A DNA stretch of 64,000 bases from Guillardia theta CCMP2712 (taxonomy: Eukaryota > Protista > Cryptophyta): NCBI RefSeq assembly GCF_000315625.1, contig NW_005434576.1, forward strand, positions 1 through 64,000, given 5' to 3'. The position numbers were made by a program, and so were the translations under genes. The notes below the pieces were generated by a model that saw only the letters and a program-made list of their open reading frames with translations, had not been told where the DNA came from and ran no database searches. Below, in pieces: positions 14,301 through 26,034 of the stretch (its first letter is position 1; each line of letters starts with the position of its first letter).

Positions 14301-15394
14301 AGGAGGAGGAGGAGGAGGAGTGCGAAGACTCACTTGGACATCAGAAGAAACAATTCAGCACAGGCCCTCTTCGACCGGCGGGAGGAGACGCCATCGTCAG
14401 GAGCAACGTGGTTGAAAGTCCTCCCCCAGTATCCCTCATTCTCATCCCACCTCCTCCTCCTCACCGGCTCCTCCCAGGTCAAGCCGCCTTCTCCCCGCTC
14501 CTCCTCTTCCTCTCCCAACGTCGGGCCTCTGCCTGCGGGAGCAGCTGACCCGGTCAGGATCTGCTCCCTCCTCCTCCCTTCATGACCTTGGTCGAGCTGC
14601 AGACACCCTGGCGGCAAAACTCTCCGACAGCTAAGGAACAGACATGATTTTCTCCCTCTCCCCCCTCTCCTCCCTCCACTCTTCTCCCCCCCCCCTCTCC
14701 TCCCTCTCCTCCCGTTCTCTCCCCTCCTTCCTTCCTCTTCCTTCTCCTCTCTTCTTGTCTCAATGCTGTTGAAACAGGTGGGCTCTCAAGCAGAGCAGCC
14801 CTTCGGATCTCTCGACGAAGCCAAGTCACTTATCTTGCAACTACAAGAGACGGTGAGAAAAGAAACAGCAGTAGCAGCAAGAGGAAAGAAGGAGGAAGAG
14901 GAAGAGAGGGAGAGGAGGAGGAAGGGGGGGGGGGGGAGCAGCAGCAGCAGCAGCAGCAGCAGGGCGGAAGAGCGTCTAGATACCATCTTAGAGATCCAAC
15001 AGGTCAGAGCATCGCAGGAGGAACTCAAATCAGCTATTTCTCGAGAGCAAGAGGCAAGTACAAGAATCTCTCCTTCTTCCTCCCCCTCTCTTCTCTCCCT
15101 CCTCCTCCTCTTGTCTTGTCTTGTCTTGTCTTGTCTTGTCTTGTCTTGTCTTGTCTTGTCTTGTCTTGTCTGGTCTGGTCTGGTCTGGTCTGGTCTGGTC
15201 TGGTCTGGTCTGGTCTGGTCTGGTCTTCTCTCCTCTCCTCTCCTGCCTCCAGCTCCTCACTTTGTTGTGCAGCTTCGCAAGGAGACGAAGGCTCTCAAGA
15301 AGCGTCTTGAGTTCATGGCGAAGTTTGTTGCTCCATTCTCCCCCTCCTTGCGATTAAATTTTTCACGCAGGATGAATGGAGGAGGAGAAGACAG

Positions 15395-15454
<60 letters not shown>

Positions 15455-16206
15455 GCAGTACGACCTGGCGTCCAGGTGAACCTCGGCACCCACTGACATC
15501 GAAGTCACTCCTGTCCTCAGAGGACTCTTGTCCTCCTTGGGGGCCCCGGGGAGAATTTTCCGCGAGTTTGAGGAGGAGGAGGAAGAGGAAGGGACGGATG
15601 ACGCCGGCGGCCTTCTCCTCCACTCCGTTGGGAGCAGGAGAAGCGAAGGGTAGAAGAGTGGAACGATTCTACTGACAGGGCTGACGCACAAGTGTAGGAG
15701 CTCACGGGGATTGAATCCGCTCAGTCAGACTGTCTTGTCCTCCGAAACTTCCTCCTTCACCATCACAGGTATCTTCCCCCTTCTCCTCCTCCTCCTCCTC
15801 CTCCTCCTCCTCCTCCTCCTCCTCCAGTCGTCCCCTCCTCGTTGCAATTGATCTCACTTTCTCCTACAGCGGACGTCATCCCCGCCAGCGAACTTGGTCT
15901 CTTCTAAAAACCACTCCCGTCACCTCCTCCTCCCCCCCCTCTCCTCTACCTCCCCTCCCCTCCCCCCTCTCCTCCTCCTCCTCCTCTCCTTCCTCCTACA
16001 CATTCTTCTCTCCCTCCCCTCCCCCTTCCTCTTCTTCCATCATTCTTCTTTCCTTACAATCCTTGCAGTCACCGCACAAGCTTCCAAGAAGCAGACGAAA
16101 AGTCCATGGCAGAAACGACGCAGCCACATCGTTCATACTGCACCACCGGAGGTTCTCCTCCCCTCTCCTTACTCTTACACTCTCTATTCCTCTCTTCCCT
16201 CCCCTC

Positions 16207-16243
<37 letters not shown>

Positions 16244-17883
16244 NNNNNNNNNNNNNNNNNNNNNNNNNNNNNNNNNNNNNNNNNNNNNNNNNNNNNNNNN
16301 NNNNNNNNNNNNNNNNNNNNNNNNNNNNNNNNNNNNNNNNNNNNNNNNNNNNNNNNNNNNNNNNNNNNNNNNNNNNNNNNNNNNNNNNNNNNNNNNNNNN
16401 NNNNNNNNNNNNNNNNNNNNNNNNNNNNNNNNNNNNNNNNNNNNNNNNNNNNNNNNNNNNNNNNNNNNNNNNNNCCCTCCTCCTCTCAACTCCTCCTCCT
16501 CTCACTCCTCCTCCTCCTCCTCTCACTCCTCCTCTCACTCCTCCTCCTTCTCTGATTTCCTTGCAGTCATGTTTCCAATCAATACTTCCCAAGAAGGAAG
16601 TGATCATTTTGTAGCTTTTGACCGTCAAATTCATTATGTATGATCAATCAAATCAAGTCCTTTTCTCGCTGCTCCTTCCTCTCCTTGTCCTCCTGCATGG
16701 TATCCTCCTTTCTTCCGCCTTCCGCTCTCGCCCCCTTCTTCCCTCCTCCTCCCTCCCTCTCCCTCCCTCCCTCTCCTCCCCCCTCCCTCTCCTCCCTTCC
16801 TCTCCCTCCACCCCGTCCCGTCAATCTACATCTCCCGCAATTTCCGTCCCCTTCCCTTCCCTCCCAATAGGGCCGGAGGGCATGGCACAGGAGGCGGCGA
16901 TGAAGCTAAGGGAGCGACTGCTGCAGGGAGCAGACGATGAAGCTCTCGTCCTCCTCGATCGCCTCCTAGCCAGCATCTCCCTCCCGCCTCCTCCTCTGCC
17001 GCCTCCTCCTCTGCAGCGGGAAGACCAAGCATCCAAGGCTGCCAGCAGCACACGCAACGCCTGCACCCAGGTGGATCAGGCGGAGCTGGAGGAGGCGACA
17101 GCAGCTCTTCGCTCTCCTCGCGCCATGAGCTACTCCAGCGTCGACACCATCAGCTCCTTGGGGATGTGGCACATGCATGAGCCGCACCTGGAGCACAGAG
17201 AAAGACGAGGAGCGGGAGGAGCGGGAGGAGCGGGAGGAGCGGGAGGAGGAGCGGGAGGAGGAGCAGTAGTGGGAGAGGTAGTGGGAGGAGGGAGGACGGA
17301 GCAGAGCCCTCTGGAGAAGGAGGTGCAGAACCTAATGGAGGGAGCGAGGATGGTGGGGTCGCTAATCTCCAACCTCTTCGACCCTTCCAAGCTGGACAGC
17401 AGCGACCACCCGATCAAGCAGATCACCAAGAACGTGATCAGAACGCCAAGGATACACCTTCCCTTCTCCCTCCCAGCCCAGAACGAGGCAGAGGAGGAGG
17501 AGAAGAGCCAGCCCAGCATGTCGAGAGGAGGGAAAGATGCGGCGGAGAGGGTGAGGGAGCTGGTGCGGAGGGGGTATGGGGATCAGGAGATTCTAGCTCG
17601 CTGCTCTAACATGGCAGACATGAAAAACATCTCCATCTTCAGGATAAAGGCGATCCGCAGGAGCATGAGCGAGGAAGGCTCTATCTCCCCGAGGAGGGAG
17701 CCGTCAGCGGGAGGCGTGAGGATGAGCAAGCAGCTGACGGACAAGATCGCCAAGTTGCTGCACGAGGGCAGGACGAACGCGCAGGTGCTGCGGCACTACA
17801 CTCTGCTCAAGGAGGTTGACAGAGGGCTGAGGATCGAGCAAATAGAAGAGGTGAGGAGCTCCCTGAGTTGCAGGAAGAGGTGA
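11396..17883 (+). CDS. large multi-exon coiled-coil/low-complexity hypothetical protein (possibly two genes; spans two N-gaps)
   Basis: Series of E/K/Q-rich exon fragments separated by microsatellite introns. Long terminal exon ~16871-17883. Confidence 0.45.
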
Positions 17884-18864
17884 TGGGAACAAAAGAGAAG
17901 AGAAGAGAAGAGAAGAGAAGAGAACAAATTAGCGATCGTTGCTGCCAACGGCACTTGCACATGAGCTGCTGAAGCAAAGAAAACGGGAGCCCTCGATCAT
18001 ATCGATAAATAAGATAAGAAAAGTAAAGCAACACAATGCATGCGAGTAAGTGAAAGTAAATCAGTAGATCAAAATAAGATACATTCTCCTCCTCCTCGTC
18101 CTCCTCCTCGTCCTCCTCCTCGTCCTCGTCCTCGTCCTCCTCGTCCTCGTCCTCCTCCTCCTCCTCCTCCTCCTCCTCCTCTATGGCCTCCTCCTCCTCC
18201 TCCTCCTCCTCCTCCTCTATGGCTTTGAATTCAGTTCACTTCTTACTTCATTCGGCTGACCCGACGCATTCAGCAGCTATCACATTCCCTCTTGATTTTG
18301 ATCAGTTGTTCTCTCCTCCATGAATCATCTTCTTAATCTAGTTATCCTGCTCCCTCCCTCAGCCTCCCCTCTCCTCTCCTCTTTCCTCTACCCCCCTTTC
18401 ACTACATACCTCCCCTCTTCTCTTCTCTTTCCTCTACCCCCCTTTCACTACATACCTCCCCTCTCCTCTTCTCTTTCCTCTACCCCCCTTTCAATACATA
18501 CCGTCCTCCCACAGAAAATCCTTCTTCATGATTATGAATAACCTAAAGCCATCCCGCACTCCCTCTTACGCGTCATTCCTCTCCAACTCCTCCTGACCCT
18601 TCTTCTCCTCCTCCTCTCCTCCTCCCCTCTCCTCCTCTTTTGTCCTCCCCTCCCCTCCCCTACGCTCTCCTCTCCTCTCGTCTCCTCTCCTCTTCCTCTC
18701 CTCTCTACTCTCCTCCCCTCCTCCCCTCCCTTCCCCTCCCCTACGCTCCTCTCGTCTCCTCTCGTCTCCTCTCGTCTCCTCTCGTCTCCTCTCGTCTCCT
18801 CTCCTCTCCTCTCCTCTCCTCTCCTCTAATTGGCGTACCGAACACGCCTAGTATTTTGACTTAA

Positions 18865-21321
18865 CCTTTAATCGACAAAAGGACTCCCGAAGGAGTCCTG
18901 GACCAGCATGACAGGGGTCATTGATAGGTTTCAATCACCCATCCAATGGGGCTGTATGAGGGTCTTAAAAAAGAAAAAAAAAATTCTTCCCGCCTCCGAC
19001 GGAAAGTTTGTGGCACTGCTCGTTTCATCTTCCCGCCATTACAGAGTTTGCGGTCCGACAATACACTGAAACGATGGTAATGAAAAAAATGTAGCGACTA
19101 CCTGCTATCTAACATGGTTTCGCCAGACTAACATACTATAACATGCCGAGGAAGAGAAAACGAATTACAGATGATTCAGACAACGGTCAAGAAATAAGTT
19201 ATTCAAAACCATTCACGAGAGTCGTCAAATGTGGGTTATACTCGAGACTCAAGGTAGAGAACAGATCGATTTTAGACGTGATCGACAGATGGGTATTACA
19301 TATCAGTCAGATCACATCAAGAGGCAGTATGATATTCAACTGTTTTCTGATATGGGGCAGGGATACAGGGAATTTACGATATGTAGTAGATGAAATCAAG
19401 AGAGCCAAATCGACCTTTTTCTGGAATGTTTTTACACTTGGAATGGAACAACATAGCCGTACAGATAACAAGTATCCAACTCTACAACGTTTCTGGTCAG
19501 AGAAAAGACATCTTTTCGTTGATTTATGTAGAATTCGAGGAGACTCGCAAGCTATTGTATTCGCTGCAAATCAATATGGAACGAATTTCTACCAAGACCT
19601 GAAAGCAAATTTTACAAACCGATTGGAAAAGTTCATTGCCGAATTCTGCAAAGGAGAGTTACATATTAACCATCAGCAAGAAATCGAAGACGTGAAGAAT
19701 GTATTGTTTCAAAGGAAAGATTACGAGTTGAAGACAGAAGTGTTTAACAGGAATAATTCACAACAGATAGGAACCTTCATCGACCATATGAAACAACTAA
19801 TTGGATTATCGGGGGACGAAGATCTTTTTAGTTTCAAATATGACAAATTTGATCATAGGTTGCAGAAAAATCTGTTTGAGATAATCGAGACACACATGTT
19901 CATGTTGAAGTTCTTCGAAGATCGTGGATTTTCGACTGTTCGAATCTGTTCAGAGATCAGAGAGAGGAGATTACAAGTATCACGACAGACGGTGTATCGG
20001 TTTGTTTTCGATTCACGTTGATTATCAAAACAATCGATGGACTCGAACAGGAACCTTCATTGCGCACTACCAAATGGCTTGCCGATAGAAAAAGGGCTGA
20101 ACGGAAATCGGCGAAGAAGATATCAATATCATACAAAGTATTACATGAAAATTCAGAATACCAAAGAGAGATCGAAGAATGTAAAAATTGCCCAAGGGTA
20201 ATTGCGATCGACCCTGGGAGGAGCGTCATTATATCGGCCGTCGAACAATTCAGAGATGATCAACAAATAATCAGAAAAAGATTTCAGTTTTCGAGAAAAC
20301 AATATTATCACGAGTCACATCTGAATCGCAATAAAAAGAAAAGAAAGACGTGGGATCAAGATATTCAATCGACATTGCACTATCTCAAGGGGTTCTCGAG
20401 TAAGTCTGGCGGCAGTCTATCAAGATTCGAAGACTATCTTCTTGCAGTTACAAGTCATTGGGAGGAGTTAACTTCGCATTATTCAAAGCGAAAATACGCC
20501 AGGATGAAATTCGACATCTACATTTCGAAACGAAAGTCAGTCGACAGGTTTATCCGTACAATGAAAGGAAAGGGAGAAATAGAACCTGTTATCGCATATG
20601 GAAATGCAAGGTTCCCGTCTACAGGACGTCGAGGAGAAAGGCCTGTACCGGTCAGGTGGATAAGAAGAAGATTCGAGAATCACTACAGAGTCGTAGATGT
20701 TGACGAATACCGTACTACCAAGTGCTGTAACGATTGTGGTTCTGAGCTCGATGTGCTTCGACGGATTGAAAATACAGGGAAAGAACCAGACGAGACCTGT
20801 AGGTTGAAAACAAGGAAAAGTGAAGTACGAGGATTGAAATTTTGCAGATCATCGAGGTAATGTCAAGTTTTGTATACTCCTGTAATTCACCTTTTCATCT
20901 AACTGTTATCGTGACAGCTGTAAAGGAAAGCCGATCAAATCCAGGGACTTGAATGCTGCACTGAATATACTCACTTGTTTCAATGTGTTTCCTGAAAGAC
21001 CGAATCACCTACGTCGCCCCTGAGGTGAATTCAATGATTGTTGTCGCCCCCTCCCTACCCAGACTGCGTCCCTCGGGACTCGATGCCTAATTCCCTGCCT
21101 GCCTGCCTGCCCGGTGCCTGCCTCCATTATGATCCGATGTTTACGACATGTGATCATTGAAGTGACTGACTGGCATCATTTGGTAGGATTCATGTAAGGC
21201 TCCAACAACATCCGAAGACAATTTGGCAAAAAAAAACAACTGCCGTTGTATGACGGAGAGTCGCGGCTCTCAATCATACGACGGCAGTTCTGTGCGAAAA
21301 CTTAGTTCGTCGCTCAGAAGG
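18865..21321 (+). mobile_element. Fanzor1-carrying non-autonomous transposon-like insertion
   Basis: Abrupt switch to AT-rich, microsatellite-poor sequence. Hairpins at both ends. Tentative termini TTAA|CCTT...AAGG|GTATTC. No transposase ORF inside. Exact ends inferred. Confidence 0.7.
19143..21023 (+). pseudogene. Fanzor1: Fanzor1 (eukaryotic TnpB-like RNA-guided RuvC nuclease) with frame break near 19925 and one 3' intron
   Basis: NLS MPRKRKR. WED motif SITTDGVSVCF. RuvC-I VIAIDPG (D at 20210). VIAYGNARF. RuvC-II/ZnF VDEYRTTKCCNDC (E at 20705). After removing intron 20857-20917: VRGLKFCRSSSCKGKPIKSRDLNAALNIL...RPNHLRRP* (D at 20946, stop 21021-21023). Confidence 0.9.
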
Positions 21322-21341
21322 GTATTCACATATTCCGTCAC
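21160..21341 (+). ncRNA. candidate Fanzor omegaRNA scaffold plus guide
   Basis: Long stem AACTGCCGTTGTATGA/TCATACGACGGCAGTT (21238-21289) with inner GAGAGTC/GGCTCTC stem. Second stem CTGTGCGA/TCGCTCAG (21290-21317). Lies downstream of the Fanzor stop at the apparent element end. 5' boundary is a guess. Confidence 0.6.
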
Positions 21342-21639
21342 ATCATGAGGGAGAGTACCCGTGGTAGATAGATTCGTGGCGTTTATCTATTAAACCACTC
21401 CGAATATCACAGTATCACCCCCCTAAATACCCTCAAAAGTACCCCTACTTCCACTCAAGTTTCCCCCAAAAAAACGTTGACCACTTACAGCGGAGGAGCG
21501 AAGGAGAAGGAACCAAGGAGGACAGCGAAGGAGCACAGGGAGAACGAACACGATGCGGCTGCAGCATCGGCAGCCCATCGAAGGCATGTTGGCTGAAGGG
21601 TGTCTGTAACAGTAGGAGCAAGGAGCAAGGAGCAAGGTC

Positions 21640-24024
21640 ATGTCGTTCATCCATAGGTCCCTCGGTCCTTCAGAGATTTCCATGTCTTCTCTTCGATCCG
21701 GAGCAGAACAATCTCACATGCTCGCGAGCAATGTCGGATATCAGATGCTCTCGGAGAGGCGCTCCAGTCCTCCGCAGAACAACATGGGCTCGGTCGGAAT
21801 CGTCTTCAGGCAGATCAACGGGGAGAACATAGTGATCGATGTCATTAAAGGAAGTTCAGCGGCAGAGTCGAAGGCGATAGTGATAGGAGACATCATCGAG
21901 GTTGTCAACGGACAGTCGGCTCATGGGGTTCCATACCAGGAGGTGATGGAGATGGTGGTCGGCCCTCTTGGTACGACAGTCAATCTCGTGGTGAGAACTA
22001 CGATGAACGGAGCAACTGCGTTGAAGGACGTGGCTTTGGTTCGCAAGCAAGCGTTGAGCCTCGACCAAGGAACTGCGGTGAATGGGAGGTAACCTCATCG
22101 TCGCTATCTCTTCCTCCTTCCCTTCCCCAATCCACAAGGCTGAACCTGACTGACTTATCACCAGCCCGTTGCCCAAGTTGAACTTGGAACGGATCGGAAG
22201 GGGACAGCAATCCCTCCAGGTCGACATAACGTCCAACAAAGACTCGGAGATGGAGGGGTTGGAGCAGCTGCTGTCAGCTGCTCGCCGGCGGATCAAAGAT
22301 CTTGAGCACGAGATCGCCCAGAGGAACCTTGAAGCCCGCCTCTGGCCCACCACCCCGCGAACGCCCAAGAATGTCCAGCTAGCCAGGGGGTTTGAGCTGG
22401 AGTCCAGCAGGGATGCGTCCTGCTATCAGCGGTGGCCTTGCCTGGAGCCTCTAGCGCGGGCCAAGGAGATGCTAGACCAGCTGGCAGTGCAGGAGAGCCG
22501 ATACAGCAATCTAGAGAGGGAGGAAACAGCAACTGACGTCTCGTATGACCACTACTCCATGGCAGAGAACGAAACCTTCCAGAGCGTCCGGACAGCTCTA
22601 GACTCCGCGTTCAAGAACATCTTTGAGCAGCTAGAGGTAAGGTGGAGGGCGACGAGGGGAGGGGGGGGGGGAGGCGCTCAGGTGCGAGCAGGGGTTCAAG
22701 TTCAAGTCAGAGTCTGTCGGAAACGATGAGGTAGAAGGGAGTGGAAGTAGAGCCGAGCTCCTGACCTGCTCCATAGGCAAGGGGGCAGGGGAATTCTCCT
22801 GACGGGCAGACGGCAGCTCTCAAGAACGAGCTGAGGTAGACGAGGAACTTCCCAGCTCTTCCTGACCACTACCTGCAGCTGGATGAAGGTAGAGATCAAT
22901 CATCTTCAGAGCGCACTTGTGGAGGTGAGAGGCGTGGGGAGAGGAGACGAGCCTGATGGAAGTTCAGTCTCGAGCCCTCAACGAGGAGCTGAACAAGGCG
23001 CTGACGAAGGTGAGGACAGAGAGGAAGTTGAGAGAAGAGTAACAAGAGCACCTTCAAGGTCCTCGACAAAGTGTACGATAACTTGGACGCGGACGGTGGA
23101 AGGAAGAGAGCTGTTGATGCTGAGATTCTGCGGAGCCGGTTCGAGATGGAGGCCAAGGACAAGGAGGTACAGAGCATGCTTCAGGGCATGCGGGAGAAGG
23201 AGGAGCTCATCGAGAAGCTGCACGGTGACCTCCGGGCCAACAACCTAGCGATCAACGAGTACAGCATCCACTTGAGTGAGGTGGGGAAGGAGCTGGCGCT
23301 GACGAAGGCGGAGAATGCTGAGCAGCGGAAGCTGATTGAGATGCTCAAGAAAGAGCATGCACATGCAGTCAGCCAGCGGCAGGACGGGAAGGCGGAAAGG
23401 GTGAAGGAATTGGAGCTGGCGCTCCAGAAGGCACACGACCAGCTTGGCAAGTGCAGCGGGGAGCTGAGAAACGTGAGCGAGGAGCTCAGAAGCCTCAAGT
23501 CGGAGCACGCGAGGGCGGCCGGAGAGCTAACGCACAGCAAGGAGAGCTACAAGCAGGCGTGCGAGGAGCAGGACAGGATGCAGCAGCGGCACGTGGAGGA
23601 GTGCAAGATGAGGAGACTGGCAGAGGAGCGAGCAGTCTATGCTGAGTCGCGCCTGGCAGAGACGACGACGCAGGTGACGGGACTGCAGCAGGCGATTGCA
23701 GAGCTGAAGCGGGAGGTGGCGGACCTGGTGCAAGAGAAGGAGGGGCTCACAAGAATCGTCCTCGAAGGAACTCAGCCTGCTCCGCATCGCTCTCCCGTCG
23801 CAGGACTCGACGAGTTCGGCCGGTCCCCCTACGGCACTCCCAGTCGCCAGGCCTTCTCCCAACGCCTTGCCAGCTCAAACTCCTACATGCCCTCCGCCAC
23901 CCCCAACAGAACCCCCAGCAGGACCCCAGGTACCTCCCCTCCTCTCCCCTCACGGTCCCGCCTCTTATTCGATCCTCAGCTCTCCTCACTGCGCGGAGCA
24001 CGAGCAGCGCAACTGGGGAAGTGA
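21640..24024 (+). CDS. PDZ-domain coiled-coil protein, multi-exon
   Basis: PDZ: GSVGIVFRQ...VIDVIKGSSAAESKAIVIGDIIEVVNG...VVGPLGTTVNLVV. Long heptad-rich exon 23071-24024. Confidence 0.75.
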
Positions 24025-24299
24025 CGGCGAGGTTCCCTAACGGCCTTCTCTCCCGCCCCGGCACCAAGTCCAGCTCGACCCTACTTGGCCTCTCCGTTGC
24101 TCTCACCTCCTCCCTATCTTCGCTCGCTAACCCCTCAGCAGGACTTTCACGCCCCTCCTCCCGGGGTCGTTCGCCCGTCCTCCATGGTGGGCGCCAGTTG
24201 GAAGAGGGAGGGAAGGGGAGATGGGGAATCGAAGGAGGATGGGGGAGGGGAGAGGGAGTAGGAGGGGGGAAGGAAAGAGAAGTGAAGGTGGGGAAGGGG

Positions 24300-26034
24300 G
24301 GGGGAGCTGACAACGAGCAGGAGGTGAGGGAGTCGGTCTTCGACAGCTTGAGGGACGGAAGGCGAGGAACCCCGTCAGCTGGGCCAACACCTCTAGCTGG
24401 TGAGATGCGCCTGTTGATGAGCTGGGAAACACCGAGCTGAAAGCCGTCGAGGTCTTCCGCGATACCCCCAGGCTCCCATCACATCCGACGACATCTCCAG
24501 GGCCCTCCTGCAACTTGACAACAAGGTCTTCCTCCTCCATTGCTACCTCGTCCTCCCTCTCCCCTTTCTCGTCCGCTTCCTGGCCGTTGCTCCTGCCTGT
24601 TCCTGCATCCCTCGTCCCCCCTATCTGATCCTCCTCCTCCTCATTATCGTCATCGTCGTCGTCGTCGTCGTCATCATCATCATCATCATCGTCACTCTAG
24701 AAAACAGCTTTTTCATGGTCGGCATGTCTGATTTTCTACATCAGAGAACTCTGGGAGGATCCAGCATGGCAAACCAGTGGGGCAGAGGTATGGTCCTCCC
24801 TCCCTCTAGCAGCTCCTCCTCCTCCTCCTCCCTCCTCTCTCTTCCTCCCTCCCTCCTCCCTCCTCCCTCCTCCCTCCTCCCTCCTCCCTCCTCCTCTTGA
24901 CGTTCCCTTTTATCTTCACACTCTCTTTCTGGCTACTTGTCCTCCTGACTTGCTTTTCCTTGNNNNNNNNNNNNNNNNNNNNNNNNNNNNNNNNNNNNNN
25001 NNNNNNNNNNNNNNNNNNNNNNNNNNNNNNNNNNNNNNNNNNNNNNNNNNNNNNNNNNNNNNTTCCTCCTCCTTCTCCTCCTCCTCCTTCTCCTCCTCCT
25101 CCTTCTCCTCCTCCTCCTCCTCCTCCTCCTCCTTCTCCTCCTCCTCCTCCTCCTCCTCCTCCTTCTCCTCCTCCTCCTTCTCCTCCTCCTCTCCTCCTCC
25201 TCTCCTTCTCCTCTCCTCTCCTCCTCTCACCCCTCTTCCAACATTCTTTCTCATAGCCGACCTCCTCTTCATGATTTCTTGTTCAGGCAATTCATTTCAT
25301 CGACAAGAGTTCCAGAGGAGGTGTGAGGATTTGGAGGATGCGGTGGTGGTGGTTGGAGCAGGAGCAGAAACAGGAGCGGGAGCGGGAGCTAGGGCAGGAG
25401 GATGAGAAGAGTGGAGCTGAACCCTTTGCAGAGGAGGAGAAGCCCTGCAAACGATGATCTCTTGAAGGAGACTGAGGAAACGATGAATCTCAAGCAGTTT
25501 CTTTCTCTTCTCAAGCGCAAAGCTCTCATCCCTGAGGTTAACCTCTTCCTGCTCCTACCGCACCCTCCTGCTCCTCTTACTCCCTCCTCCTCCCCGCCCC
25601 CTCCTGCTGCTTTTGTTTCCTCCTCCTCCTCCCGCTGCTCCACTTCCTCCCTTCCAATCTTCGCGTCCTTCTCTCGCCTGATCCACCTGGACGGACAGGT
25701 CCTGAAAGAGGAAGAAGCAGTCTCCTCCTTCCGCAGGGTGACCCTCCTCCTCCTCCTTCCCCCTCCTCGTCATGACCGGGGGCTGCAGGTTGCGCGAGAG
25801 ATAGAGCGAGAGCATGGGAGCGAGCTCTGCATCAACACGGAATCATTCAAGAAGCTCATGTACAATGCCATGGTGCGCAAGGTAAACCCCCCCCGTTCCT
25901 CCTCCTGCCCTTCTGCTCAAAGTCTGACGGTCGTCTGATGGCAGGGCCTTCTCTCCGACTCGCAGGCTGAGGAGGAGGAGGAAGAGGAGGATGGAGAGGA
26001 GGAGGAGAGTGACATGTCAGAGCTCGAGCGATGA
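24300..26034 (+). CDS. hypothetical exons with EF-hand-like segments (may continue the upstream gene)
   Basis: Exon pieces TMNLKQFLSLLKRKALIPE and CINTESFKKLM, then an acidic tail with stop at 26032-26034. Confidence 0.35.

Noticed and set aside
12700-16640. Poly-E/S/P/G and (LVLSC)n or (DQTRP)n ORFs
   Set aside because: Translations of intronic microsatellites such as (GGA)n, (TGTCT)n and (TGGTC)n, and of N-gaps.
19920-19935. Programmed -1 ribosomal frameshift at GGATTTT in Fanzor
   Set aside because: The heptamer is out of phase (reads GGA TTT T, not G GAT TTT), and I found no other X XXY YYZ site in the overlap.
19143-20860. Two separate genes (transposase plus TnpB) or bacterial contamination
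   Set aside because: ORF1 has no DDE, HUH/Y1 or serine-recombinase motif and reads as the Fanzor N-terminal lobe. The NLS, the spliceosomal intron and host-like flanks argue for a nuclear locus.
21361-21398. Further hairpin GTGGT-AGATAGAT/GTTTATCT-ACCAC as part of the omegaRNA
   Set aside because: It lies beyond the tentative right end, among host-type TACCC words. It cannot be excluded without copy alignments, so it was left out of the call.
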